A stretch of DNA of 63,995 nt, filler included, from Circinaria calcarea (Eukaryota): NCBI GenBank assembly GCA_051942165.1. It is 3 parts of 3 records of this genome, joined end to end, with 100 filler letters (N's around TTAATTAATTAA, not from the genome) between each part and the next. Parts side by side here need not be neighbours in the genome. Positions count along the whole stretch, not along the records: positions 1 to 21,410 come from JAVECS010000144.1; positions 21,511 to 42,879 come from JAVECS010000145.1; 1 more part is not named here. One strand, 5' to 3'. The position numbers were made by a program, and so were the translations under genes. Of this stretch, positions 12,699 to 24,472 are shown piece after piece. Each line of letters opens with the position of its first letter. Position 1 is the first letter of the stretch. The notes under the pieces were generated by a model. It saw only the letters and a list, made by a program, of their open reading frames with translations. It was not told the origin of the DNA and did no database searches.

Positions 12699-13662
12699 GG
12701 CCGGCTGTGATGTCGTTTAAGGGAATAATCATTTCAATACGTCATTGATGAACATTGCCTAAGATAGAGTAGTCTATGAAACACCAGTGTACTTGGTGAA
12801 AAAATGCATTTCCCCAAGCTCAATCTCCGTGCCAAAGCATGCATCCCTGACAGCCACCAACCTCGTATATCTACAATCCTATGACCACTGTCTGCTTCTT
12901 CGACGTGGCGATGATTCTACCTGCAAGCTTATGGCTCAGTTGGAACGAAACGACACGCTAGTGTAAGGCTGGGGGATTGCGGCGCTCTGCTTTTGTGTCG
13001 GGCTTGTACCTTGTAGAGAGCTCTCGTGGGCAACGATGCCAAGATATAGGCTGAGCTATATAAGGGCTAGCAAGGAGGTTACGCGGCTGGTAAAGTAACA
13101 AATGGGTCATTTTCTGTACAGCTATTATAGTGCTGACCAGACATCATTAGCTGCGCTGTATCGGGGATCCTTGAAAGCTTCCACATCCCTAGCAAGCTCT
13201 GGGGTCTTGCTGTGCCTGAATCATCTCTATCCGGCTTCCGGCTTGATACGGACGTTCTGGACAGTCGGAGTTGTCAGGTTCAGTAGCCAAGTTTCAAGTT
13301 TGAGAGGCTGAGTAGGCGCCAAGTATCAGGGTCACTGGGCACCCTCTAGGCCCATGTTTTCCTCGATGTCTTCCGACTTGCAAGCTGCGGCTCAGAACTA
13401 GACGATACAGTGAGATTAGTCGATACACGAGGCAAGGGATGGCAAACTTCAGTTTCCCGGATATGCCAGGTCTGGGAACACTGCGGCGAGCTGGCAAAGC
13501 CCCAACCAAGAATGTCCTATTCTAACTGGAGACTGTCAAAGCTTAGCTTGAAAGTTCAGAAGTCCTTTAAAGGTACGCATAACATGGCGAAATGGCTGCT
13601 TGTCCAGTGCGAGCTTCCTTTCCCCCCAAGAAAATCAAACTGTCTCAAAGGAATAGCAAACA

Positions 13663-14941
13663 ATGTCGGGTACTACAGATTCTGAAGCCAAGCAGGCGTA
13701 CGTCTTAAAGCGTGACTATATAGGAAGCTCCCGGTATGAACCTCCTTCCCTGGGGCTTCCCTAACTTACGCTTCTGAGAACTGACCACGCTCAAGCCTGA
13801 ATCTACAATACTACCTCTGGAAAGATGCGCTACAATTCAATCTCCACCCAGATATCCCTCCGCCTGCTGCAGGCGCTCGCATAGCAGACGTCGCTACTGG
13901 GACGAGGTATGAACCCCCGGCCTGCTCAACCTTAGCATATTCGCTGATACTCCACAGTATATGGCTTGTGGACATGGCCCGCACACTGCCAGCTACAGTG
14001 CAGTGCGATGGCCTTGATATCAGCCTAGACCAGTGTCCTTCAGCGCCGTGGTTGCCCGCCAATGTCAAACTGCAAAAGTGGGATATGTTCTCGGATCCTC
14101 CAGCGGAGCTCGTCGGACAATTTGATATAGTCCACGTCAGGCTGATCATGCTGGTCATCAAGGACAACAATCCGCTGCCCATTATTCACAATTTGTGGAA
14201 ACTACTCAGTAAGCCGCCAATCAGCGATTCGTGTTTTAGATAGTGTCCCTAATGACGAACAAAAAGAACCGGGCGGATACCTGCAATGGGACGAGGTAGA
14301 TGCTGCCGCAGTTTACATTGAGAAGACAGACCCTTCCGTGCAATCTACCGCAATTGAAACCCTTTTTCGTACATTTGCCATTCCCAAAGGAGTACGAGGC
14401 TCAGACGAGTAGGTTCTCCTGTTTACCCAGGAGAGCATAATCAGTGCTGACCTCGAATGTCAGCTGGAAAACGGATCTTTCAAGCACACTCGATCGGCAC
14501 GGGTTTCAGAATAGCAAGGAATTTCGTTACCGGGACCCTCCGACCATGGCAAGATACTGGCATGACCTGTACTGAAACCCCCACCCCCGACCCGTGTCGT
14601 TGGTAAACTCAGTTGTCTAACCCGGTGGAAATAGGTACATGGTCGCCTGGGAAGAATTCATCTCAAGGGTCCTCGGCCATTCAGGCGACACGCACAAGTT
14701 GATGGATCAGGCGATGGAGGAAGCACGAGGTGGTGCGGCGGTCATGATGCCCAAGGTGGTCTGGGTGGCACGGAAGGAGGGATCTTCGAGCGCGGTGCAA
14801 GCTGATTCTGATGTTCAACCGGAGGACAATGCTTGGTTGCAAAAGGGCCGGGCGGCCTCGTCGGCGAGGAAAGGATTACTGCCTCAGATGAAGGGGATGT
14901 TCACGTGGAGGCGGTCCCGGTTGGCTACGACGCGTGCTTGA
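13663..14941 (+). CDS. Class I SAM-dependent methyltransferase (LaeA-like / GliN-SirN-like type)
   Basis: Spliced reading MSGTTDSEAKQAYVLKRDYIGSSR-LNLQYYLWK...RIADVATGT-SIWL...DGLDIS...FDIVHVRLI...LLKPGGYLQWDE; about 5 GT-AG introns. Confidence 0.88.
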
Positions 14942-16442
14942 GTCCAGTTGTATGCGAGCAGGCATTCTGGTGTACCTTGTTGCATCTTTCTGGGGGGTTG
15001 GGGGGTGTTTGGTAGATGTGTTACTTGAGACCTTTAGCATAGTATTAATTTCACGTTGCACATAATCAATTCTTCCTCGCCGTGGCAATAAATGGCTCCC
15101 CAGGAGCGTTCACGTTTTTAGGGGGTGATGGGCTGAGTGGGAAGGGACCAGTCTGGCTTCCTTTTTTGGGGGGGCATGAAATGTGGATAAAAAAGTCTTT
15201 AGTTCCGCTGTCCACTATTCACCTACAGATCCTAAGGACTTTATGTATTTAAGGATGAAGGGCTTGTTCTCATGGCCAAAGTCTTTGTACATGGACCGGA
15301 TATAAGATTGTACTTGGTTATTTTCCCGCATGCCTATGGTGTAAATCTTTCTCCATGGACCAAAAAAAAAACAGTATTTGCCCATTACAATAATTAGCCA
15401 TAAAAAAAACACGCTCGGTCTCATATAGTCACATAAGTTGGTGGGCGCTGCTTCGCCCAGATACCCGCCTAGCATTTTCCCAGCGTTAGCATCCCCAATG
15501 CCCTCGGAGTCGCCCTTTTCTTTCCACAATCAAACTTACAATCGCTAAGATGCAGGCACCTAGGGCTTCCCGTTAGAGGTTTTCCCTTTGGAACCGTGGA
15601 GGAGAAAGGTACTTGCAGTCATTCCAGCCGAGCGAGAAAACCGAAAGGCCGGTGGCGCATAACCGGTTTCCGATCACTACGAGTAGGAGGCCCATGACCA
15701 GGAAGTCGATCAGAAGAGCGGAGCTGGATTGTGCGGTCTTTGGAAGAGCATCGGGAGATGTGGTGTGGATACCAACGAGAGAGGGATCGGTCGAGAATTG
15801 GGAGAAGTGCATGGTCTTGTGTTATGAGGGAACAGTTAGAGAGGAGGAGAAAAATGCTCTGATAGTTCGTCTGTTGTTCAGTGAAGAAGGTTTTGGTTCG
15901 AGGATAGGAGAGCAGTGAATAGGAAGAAGCGCGTAGAAAAGCAGAAGAGCAGCAGTCCAGACCCCTCACATTGCCTTTCCGTAGGCTTTCCTTGAGGTCC
16001 CAGATCTTCCTCCTCGCTTTGATCACGTCCTGTTGCCATTTTTGGGTACAACCAACAGGACTTACCGGAGAGGTATCGTCAGCCGGTGAAGCACTGCCAC
16101 CCGTAAGTCTAGGGGACTCGTGTGCGCCGCAATCCGTTGTTGATGGATGTTTCAAACGAGTTCACATGCTGCTGCCGAGAGCAGAAGTATGGGTCGGTCT
16201 CAGGTGGAGGGCAGGCCCGATGGAAGTACGTAGGCAGTGCATCGCCTGGTCCACAAGATTCTACATTGAACACCTTCCTTTGCCGAGCGGCGCAGGTTGA
16301 GTTGGCTTGGCAAGATTAGTTTCAGCTAGTGTTGAACGCTTAACGTACGTACCTAAAATAAGTAAAGGGCTGACAATCAGCCCAGTAATCTATACACGGC
16401 AGGCTCATCCATAATAGGCAGCATCTTTCCGCCTTGAGGCGG

Positions 16443-16512
16443 CATGCGGGTGACAAAATAGTTGGTTCGCGAAAAATATTCGGGGGGTGCCAACTATTTT
16501 GTCACCCACGTG
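16443..16512. mobile_element. 70-bp MITE-like element, 23-bp TIRs, 5-bp TSD GGCGG
   Basis: Perfect 18-bp inverted repeat GGGTGACAAAATAGTTGG (16448-16465 / 16490-16507), extending to CATGC.../...ACGTG termini. GGCGG directly flanks both sides (16438-16442, 16513-16517). Confidence 0.8.
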
Positions 16513-17642
16513 GGCGGGTATTAAAGTATTTAGACTAATGCAGGAGGGGTGTTGGCGCTTCTGCGGGTGGTTACACAAAGATAAAGTTATATTACATGTA
16601 GGTGAGATGCCATACCTTAGTGTGGTAATGGCATGCAAGCTAGTACTTGACGCTAGACAGAGCCCGGCGGCAACTCTATCTCAGCTTACCAAACTGCATA
16701 GTTAGCCGTCTTATAAGATGGCACGCAGCTATCCCTGTTCAATAATAGCTTAACGGCGCAGCGGCGCTCAAACCTACCGGTAACAGCGCTACCAAGCCGT
16801 GGGAGAGCTTTGACGTAGGGCTCTACTCCTCGGCGATATCCAAGAGACAAAATAGGACAATGTCCTGCCCCAGTTGTCTGCTTGACCCTTAAATAGTCAG
16901 TTATCCACAAGTCTCACAGCTGCGGCAAAGCCATTGCTCCCAATGCCTTGCATCGTTCAATCTCCACTTCCAATATCCCTTGAGCTATTGCTCTGGCGGA
17001 GAGAACCAGCCCCTGGTCCATACCGGCCTAGATTGACCAGTTCCAACCTTGTGATCGGCATCAGCTTCAGGGATATCTTGATCTTGATATCGCCCTCGGC
17101 ATTGTTGGTCTTCCGTATTCCTAGAGGGTTCCAACATCCGAGGAGCATCAGCGGATGAAGCTGGTGACGCTCGTATAGTGTCAATCTGTAATCCTGCCCA
17201 TGCAGAACTTCTCTGAAGATGCTAGTCTTTGGCTATGACTCTAGAACGATGGTCTACGGCTCGAGATTGCCAAATCGCCCCTGGGTGCTCTACCCTATCC
17301 TGGAAGAGATAGTGGCACTATGCTTACCGTCTTGCGGCTGGGTATGGGATGATGATCATAGTTAGGCCTCGCTGTGCAGAGGCTCAGCGAAGACCAATCG
17401 TCGGGACTAACGCCATGGGATATTGTTTCGAAAAACCACTTAGAATTTCGTCCTTTTTTGTTCTGCCCGTTGCATTTCCCGAGTCACAAACGTCGATGGT
17501 CTTCTGGAGATAAGTCTGTCCTGGAAACTCAAGCCCTTCGAGCTCATTTTCTAGCTTCCATTCTTCGGGGTTCAGTTACTACTTCGTATACACTACGGAA
17601 ACCATTGCTGCCTTTTGCATACAATTCATATAAGCAGGAGGC

Positions 17643-19751
17643 ATGTTCCGAGCCCTACTAGATCATTTCCTTGATTCCTGGGTTATAGGACAATGGCAAA
17701 TAGGTGTAATAGTTCTGGTTGGGATCACATTGTGGAGAATGGGGAACACCATACGTATCTATTGCTACCGCCCAGTATGTGTTCTACACCTTATCGGCAG
17801 ATCATGCCCTCCATGGCTGACAGTTTCAAGCGGAATCTACAGATCTCAGGTCGACCTTTGCTTGTTGGGAAATGGTTTAGCAGTCTTCAATTCATCATGA
17901 ATGCACCTCAGATGATCGAGAAGGCGTATGCAAAGGTATTTGCGGATAATTTTACAACGGCTCTTTCTTCTAATCGGATTGTCCAGGCTGACGGCGCATC
18001 ATTTGCTATACCGGCTCTAAACGAATATCAAGTACTAGTATCCTCTGCACAACACATCAAGGAGATCGATGTATGCTCGCCGGACACGCTGTCATTTCAT
18101 CAGGCGATGGAAGACGTTAGTGGAGCTTGCCCGCCATGAGAAATAATAGTTCTTGCTGACCTTTGCACAGAGACTCCGATTTAGGTTCACATGTTACGGA
18201 CTTGAAACAGGTAGTAAAAGTATAGATCCTCACGATACAATTCCTGGCCGGACCCTGAAATTCCTGCTTCGAACCCATCTAAATCAATTGCGGCCCAGGA
18301 TTCAAACTAGTATTGAGCAAGGATTCGCTGAGAAACTCGAACCACAATCACCTATTGGGGGTAATAACTATTTCCCGCCAAATCCGAGCTATCTGCTGAC
18401 CTTGATCCTAGGGTGGAAATCTGTATCTGTGTTTTCGTTGGCCGAAGCGATAACTGTGAAAATCAACAATCAGGTGCTGGTCGGTGAAGAGCTTGGTAAG
18501 TTATTAAATAGTGCAAAGCAAGCTCGTTCTTACTCTAACTTGACTGCAGCAAACAACAAAGACTTTTGCAGAGTGGCGGTACGGTACTCTCATGATACTG
18601 TCATAGCCATGGAGATTTGTCGTCATATACCAGAATTCTTGGTTCCGTAGGTCACTTCTATCACCAGCCAATTGCTTTACCTTCATGCGATTCCTCTCCT
18701 CACTGTCTGTAGATTGGTAGCTGGTGCCATTATGACTTGGAGCGGAGCGGTTAAGAAACTCGCTTCCTTTTTAACCCCTGTCGTTGAAAAATATCTTCAT
18801 CAAGATGTCGAAAACTATCAAGATCAACCAGTTAGTACCCGCCTATTACAAATCAACTTATCTGCTCTGACTCTCTTGCCCCAGTTGGATTGCATATCTT
18901 GGGTTATAGACTCGTCTCACACTCCAAAGCAGCGCACAACGAAAAGAATAGTACAGCAAATTCTCGGTCTGATGTTTGCCTCTACCCATCAAATGCCAAT
19001 GGTAAACACCCTGAGCAGTCTCCACTTTAGCCGTTTCTAACCATCCTTCTAGGCCCTTTCATATGCTATTTATAATTTATGTGAATACCCTGAATACATT
19101 AAACCTCTTCGCAGGGAGATAGAGACAATGTTCCAAGGGCCTGAGAAAAACTACTATAAGCACATGCCGCTACTAGAAAGCTTTCTACGGGAGTCTGCTC
19201 GTCTAAGCCCACTTGACGCATGTGAGTGTCCTTTACTATATATCGATCAGAGCATGGTCTGACTGACTATCATAGTATCTGTTCAACGTAAGGCCCTAAA
19301 GGCCTTTCGGTTTTCCGATGGCTCTTATGTTCCTAAAGGAAACTTGGTTGCCGTAGCTCAACAATGTCTTATGAAAGATCCAAAGTATTATCATAATCCG
19401 ATGGAGTTCAATGGTTTCCGATTCGTCAACCCGAAGGGTGAGGGGGGTGCCGAAGCCATAACTAAGTTTACGGATGTCGGACCGTCTTTCCCGTTCTGGG
19501 GAGCTTCGAAGAAGACCTGGTAAGTTCTATAAAAAATCAAACAATTCTTTCAAGATAGTCTGACCGCGGTATTGTACATTTGCAGTTCCGGAAGGTGGTA
19601 TGCTTCCGCGGCATTAAAGCAGACCATAGTACACTTGTTGACAAAGTACGAGTTTCGGTTAGCTGACAGGGATGCTCCGAGAATTTTTACGTGGACAACG
19701 GCAGTCGTTCCGCGGTATACTACCAAGTTATTATTACGGGAACGCAAGTAA
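17643..19751 (+). CDS. Cytochrome P450 monooxygenase (ent-kaurene-oxidase-like / PaxP-GliF-like group), highly intronic
   Basis: TM anchor, I-helix LMFASTHQMP, ESFLRESARLSP, FNGFRF, heme motif FPFWGASKKTC/SGRWYAS split by an intron; TAA at 19749-19751. Confidence 0.9.
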
Positions 19752-20617
19752 TATATGCTCACCGCCCTCTATAATGATCTCGAGTAGAGACCACGAAACT
19801 CAAAATCTGGGCCAGGCGACGCTGGATCAGAGAAGCCTGGATGGGAGAAAGCATTCAATCCAGCCGGCTATGACAGAAATAGTCTTGAGGAGTTGGCTGT
19901 CTTGCCTTGCCAGCCTGCATCATCTATATAGTACAGACAACTCGAGCTGGACCACACCAGGATGGTATTTTATTGCACGCACAGTTTTGTCCAAAACAGG
20001 GTAAGCGGGTTCAGGGTCCGTAGTTTTTATATTACCGGCCCTGTGCATTCTAGCCGGCAGAGTCTGTACTTTGTATATGCTATGGATAGTACAACGTCGC
20101 AGTTCGGGACTATCAAGTAGATTATGTTGAGCAAGTCCCGAGCACTTTATCTAGATAACGTATTATTCGCTCGCCTTCTTTACTGGTTTCGGCAAGAAGC
20201 GGGGACGATAGCCCGTACGGCTTAGTGGCGGATGATCGACGGGGCGGAGGAGCTAGTCAGGTCCCAGGTGTGACACGCACTAAAGAAACTTCAAGCCGAA
20301 TTAGCTACCTTCCGTTTGAAGTAAATGTGGGGTTCCGCTATTGTTATCGTATATCCTAAAGGCTGCCACTGTGCTTTGCTCTCCGAACTCTTAAGCTCAT
20401 CAATCAAGATTGTGATGTTCGTAGGTAGTGAGCTTGCGATTGATTAAGGCAGAAATCACTCTTCTCCCTCTCAATATTTTCTGCTATTCAAATCTGATAT
20501 TATCAAAGGACGCCAAAACTGTCGCTGCTGTTCCCATTCAACGTCAGGCTGTGTCAAGTCAAGCAAGGGTCTAGGTACTGACAAAGAACTCGTTCTCCGG
20601 CCGGTATTGCCGAGAAG

Positions 20618-21410
20618 ATGTTACTCTATCTGATAGTATCGTTTTTGGCAATGGCTCACGGAGCTAAAATTAAATGTCTCATGTATCTTACAGGGCACGT
20701 GATCTTAAGAACCGGTTGTCGGTCCTCTGCTAATGAACATCTAGACAGCATGATGTTGTTCCTGAACAATCTCTTATATCACAAATAACACATGTTGCTC
20801 TTGCCTTTATGCGTCCTGGGACGTTCAATCAGCCTGAGCAATCATCCTGGCCTCTGTTCACTACGGTAGAGAAAGCACGCTCGCAATTTGCTCCTGGAAC
20901 GGTAATCATGGTAGCAATTGGAGGCTGGGGTGACACAGAAGGCTTCTCCCTAGCTGCAGCGACCGAGAGTAGCCGGAAGCTATTCGCTCAGAATATCAAA
21001 AATATGGTGGAGGCTACCGGAGCAGATGGTGAGCTAATAGTCCGTTATTACTGTCGTTTAGATTGCTGATAATCCCCAGGCGTTGATATCGATTGGGAAT
21101 ACCCAGGGTAAGCAATGGTTATGCTAGATATTCACAAGACTGAAAGTCGTGTTTCGACTGATGTTGTGATAGTGGGAATGGCGAGGACTATAAAACAACC
21201 CCAAACTCGGAGAAAGCTTGGGAAATTGAGGCCTACCCAAAGCTTTTATCCGACATCCGCTCGGCCTTGGGTCCCAATAAGCTCATTTCCGCTGCTGTAC
21301 CTGGCCTTACCAGAGATATGCTCGCTTTTACCAAGACTACCGTCCCAGAAATAAGTACATCTCTAGACTTCTTCAACGTTATGACATACGATATGATGAA
21401 CAGGAGAGAC
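20618..21410 (+). CDS. GH18 chitinase, secreted, 3' end lost in the assembly gap
   Basis: Signal peptide MLLYLIVSFLAMAHG, VMVAIGGWG-like motif, catalytic DGVDIDWEYPG after splicing, FFNVMTYD. Confidence 0.93.
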
Positions 21411-21510
21411 NNNNNNNNNNNNNNNNNNNNNNNNNNNNNNNNNNNNNNNNNNNNTTAATTAATTAANNNNNNNNNNNNNNNNNNNNNNNNNNNNNNNNNN
21501 NNNNNNNNNN
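21411..21510. other. Artificial contig-join linker (44 N + TTAATTAATTAA + 44 N)
   Basis: Six-frame stop-codon spacer inside an N run; same structure as the linker at 42880. Confidence 0.97.
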
Positions 21511-22187
21511 GGACAGTGAGGTTCGCAACCCTGAATCTTCCTCTCCGGCCCGAAGCCGACATCCGGGCGCCAGTCATGGAGATTGAAGATTTTGACATAT
21601 TCTCCTGCGATGCCTTCGTAGCTGAAGCCTCTGGGGTATTCAAAGTCTCCCGGATAACCTTCTCCCGGTTTTCCGGGGCCATCATACCAGCCGTGCCAGC
21701 GAAACTCAGGATGGCGAATAACAGTCCTGTTTATCTTATCTTTTGCAAGATGGTCTCTGTGTGTAATGATCAACCACACGTTTGCAACCCCGCGCCGGTT
21801 GGGATCTTCGTGGGATGGTTCGTCTCGATATGGCCAACGGGGTATTTGTCTGTCGTCAACGTTGTTAATGGAAAAAGGGTGATCCAAGCCCTCTTTATTC
21901 TTCATAAGGTCTCGGAGTTGATGCAAGCGTGTGGAAACAAGGGTTACGTCATAGCCTTCTTTCATAAGCTTTTCAAGGGCCGTGGTGTCTTTGAAAATAT
22001 GTCGATCAAAACGCATGAACCTCGTCTTCTCTGCATCAGTCATAATATAGCCTATGCTGGCTAAGAAGACCAGGAGTTCAGCTGGGGTCAGCATAGACAT
22101 CAGAGTCCTCTTAAAGTCTGGAATGGTGAGCCATGCGTTCATGAAGCGGCTTTGGTGCTGCTGGGATTCATCGGTAGGTTCCATCAT
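21511..22187 (-). CDS. Hypothetical protein, intronless over the visible part, C-terminus lost in the gap
   Basis: Open frame of about 225 codons from MMEPTDESQQ with protein-like composition. No family recognised. Confidence 0.55.
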
Positions 22188-23219
22188 GTGTTGAATCTGC
22201 GGTGTATTGATTATTCTGGTAGGAATGGTAGAATGACTGTTATTTAGCGAACTGAAAACACGAGATTCTCGAGTCTTAGGTTCATGAAGAGCTCGGCAGG
22301 CTTGTAAATGGTCTTTTATTGAACCAGTAGTCTCTGTTTTCGGACATACTGAAGCTGGAATAAAGAAAGATTGAAGCCCAAATAAAGAGAAAGTATAGCC
22401 GGGAACAAAGACGCATATATCCAAACCCGGATGAAAATGGACTGAAGCGTCAAGAATCGCTTTTGAAAGGATTTTTTCTTACGGCCATGCTGTATAAGCC
22501 ATACTAGTATGGCGTTCTTGAAGGGACGCGCTTTTCCCGTAGAACTTAGAATCCGCAGTGATTATCAATAGAATCTTATCAATAGAATCTTATCAAGCTT
22601 CATCCTATACGATAGCCAAAGTCTTCAGAGGACTTCCAATTGACCTTCAATAAGGCATCATTGATAAAGGTAGGTTCATGGCAAGTAATTGATCCCACCG
22701 TATAGGTAACATCAGTACGACACTAAAGTTCAGGGGACGGATGATAAGCAGCAACGCTGAACAAAGAGTATTGCGGATCTCGAAGCTGTACAGGATGAAG
22801 ACAGACCGTGATGGAATAATCAGGCAGAATTTTTCCGAGATGTCGTTTGCAAGAGGCGCAGTACCCGGGAGCTTGCCCGAGACTCTGGTCGTTGATTAGC
22901 CGTACATTTACTCATCGAGTGGAAGCATAAGGAACAATGAGCACCATTGCTGCAAGAATGATGACAACAAGATTCCAATTAGGTGGTGTATACGGAACGA
23001 GGTTTTTGACAGGGGTGGGAGTAAACTGTTCGACCTCTAGAGCATCCAGTCCATCAATCTCCGAAACCAGTTGCCAAGACCATGTTTCCTGTCCGCAGCA
23101 CTTTCCCAGGAATTGCATAACGTACGTGAGCTAAACAGTGTGCTCAACAGATCAAAGTACTTGCAATCAATCCATGACGCTCATGTTGTCTCAGAATCTC
23201 AGACTGCTTTTGCTTCGCT

Positions 23220-24000
23220 GCCGCGTATTTTCCGGAATGTCCATATATAGTTAGTTGATGCTAAAAATGGCGTGCGCGCGAAGCGCAGTCTGAGGGTTTC
23301 ATCCAGCCTTTTTGGTGAGGAGAGCGAAATTTTGATATGAGAAGTCGTTTTTTGAGAATTAATCAATAACAGCACGGCGTAATAGAATTCTGAAAAGTGC
23401 ATATTAAGCAGCTGAATAAAAGCTAGAACTTGTCAGAACGAATTATTTTTAAAAATATTTTGTTGATTTTATACTATGGAATAAGCACGTTGAAATGGCT
23501 ACGAAATCGCCGAAAAAACGACGAAGTCCTATTCAAATTCGCATTACACACGACTAACCCATGAGAAACTCACCTTTTCCAACAGCCTTGTTACGTAGGG
23601 GATTCATCCCATCAGCATAACGTGTGTATTCAGTAGTAAAGTGATGAGATGCAGCCAGAATGGTTGCACGAAGCTAAATACATGGCCCATAGGGCTGGGC
23701 TGGGCCGACATGCCTCCGTGTGTAGGGAAACCCAGGGCTGATCCGCAACAAGCCTACTACTCATGTTCAACGCCATTAATAAAAAATATAAAGAAGCCAT
23801 TTTTTAGAGCATATACTATACTAAAATCTGCTAGAGCGAATTCTTTTAATAATGCGCAAGGGATTTGGTATACAAATGAGCGCAAAAAACGTGAATTTTC
23901 CTGTACTAAAAGTTCGCGATACCCCCCATACATGAAACTCTCAGACTTCTTTCAAAAAAGGGTTATATAATATCGGATCGGAATAACATTTTTCACCCGG
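23220..24000. mobile_element. Degenerate AT-rich long-inverted-repeat (foldback/MULE-like) transposon relic
   Basis: AGTCTGAGGGTTTCAT (~23287) matches the reverse complement of ATGAAACTCTCAGACT (~23932) at 15/16. Inverted similarity continues inward (GCGAA.TTTT...CGTTTTTTG). Confidence 0.5.
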
Positions 24001-24472
24001 AGCTAGTACGAAAGAAGTCTGAGGCCTCCGGAGCTTGCGGAGGTGGCACTGAGGCAAACGCCCATGGATGAGAGAACGACCTTACGTAATTAGTCGGAGG
24101 AAGCGAGCAATGATACCCGAAGAGGTCCGAGGGCGCTAATCCGTCGCGAGGCTCTTCGGATGCCGGTAGATTCGAGTGTCATCGCTGACTAAGATTTTAT
24201 CAGTCATCATATTACAATAGCAAAGAGGAGAGGGAAGATACCGTACGCAGCCTACTGAGATGCTATAAGCTCCTAGCAAACTGGAATCTGCCGTCTTATC
24301 GACCGAACTAATCGAGTAGTGCATCCCACCGCCTCCCCACTTTTCCCGCCTGAAGAATTGCTTCTTCCCAGGTCACGGGACAAGCTTCGGTCAACGGTAC
24401 GAGTACAAGTAATCCCCCCGGTGATAGTGCGAAAACGACAGAAGATTGGTCATCGCGCCCCGTGTGCACAGA

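Noticed and set aside
15573..16300. Overlapping 79-178-aa ORFs as a possible hidden core or RiPP precursor gene
   Set aside because: No repeated core peptides, KR/KK cleavage pattern, signal peptide or enzyme motif, and no coherent splice model.
21411..21510. TTAATTAATTAA palindrome inside N runs (also at 42880-42979)
   Set aside because: Identical 100-nt construct twice: an artificial six-frame-stop contig linker. Gene neighbourhoods across it should not be trusted.
22562..22596. 14-bp tandem duplication TTATCAATAGAATC x2.5
   Set aside because: Ordinary slippage duplication with no supporting context.
22912..23118. 68-aa ORF with a hydrophobic C-terminus
   Set aside because: Too short and without motif or splice support.
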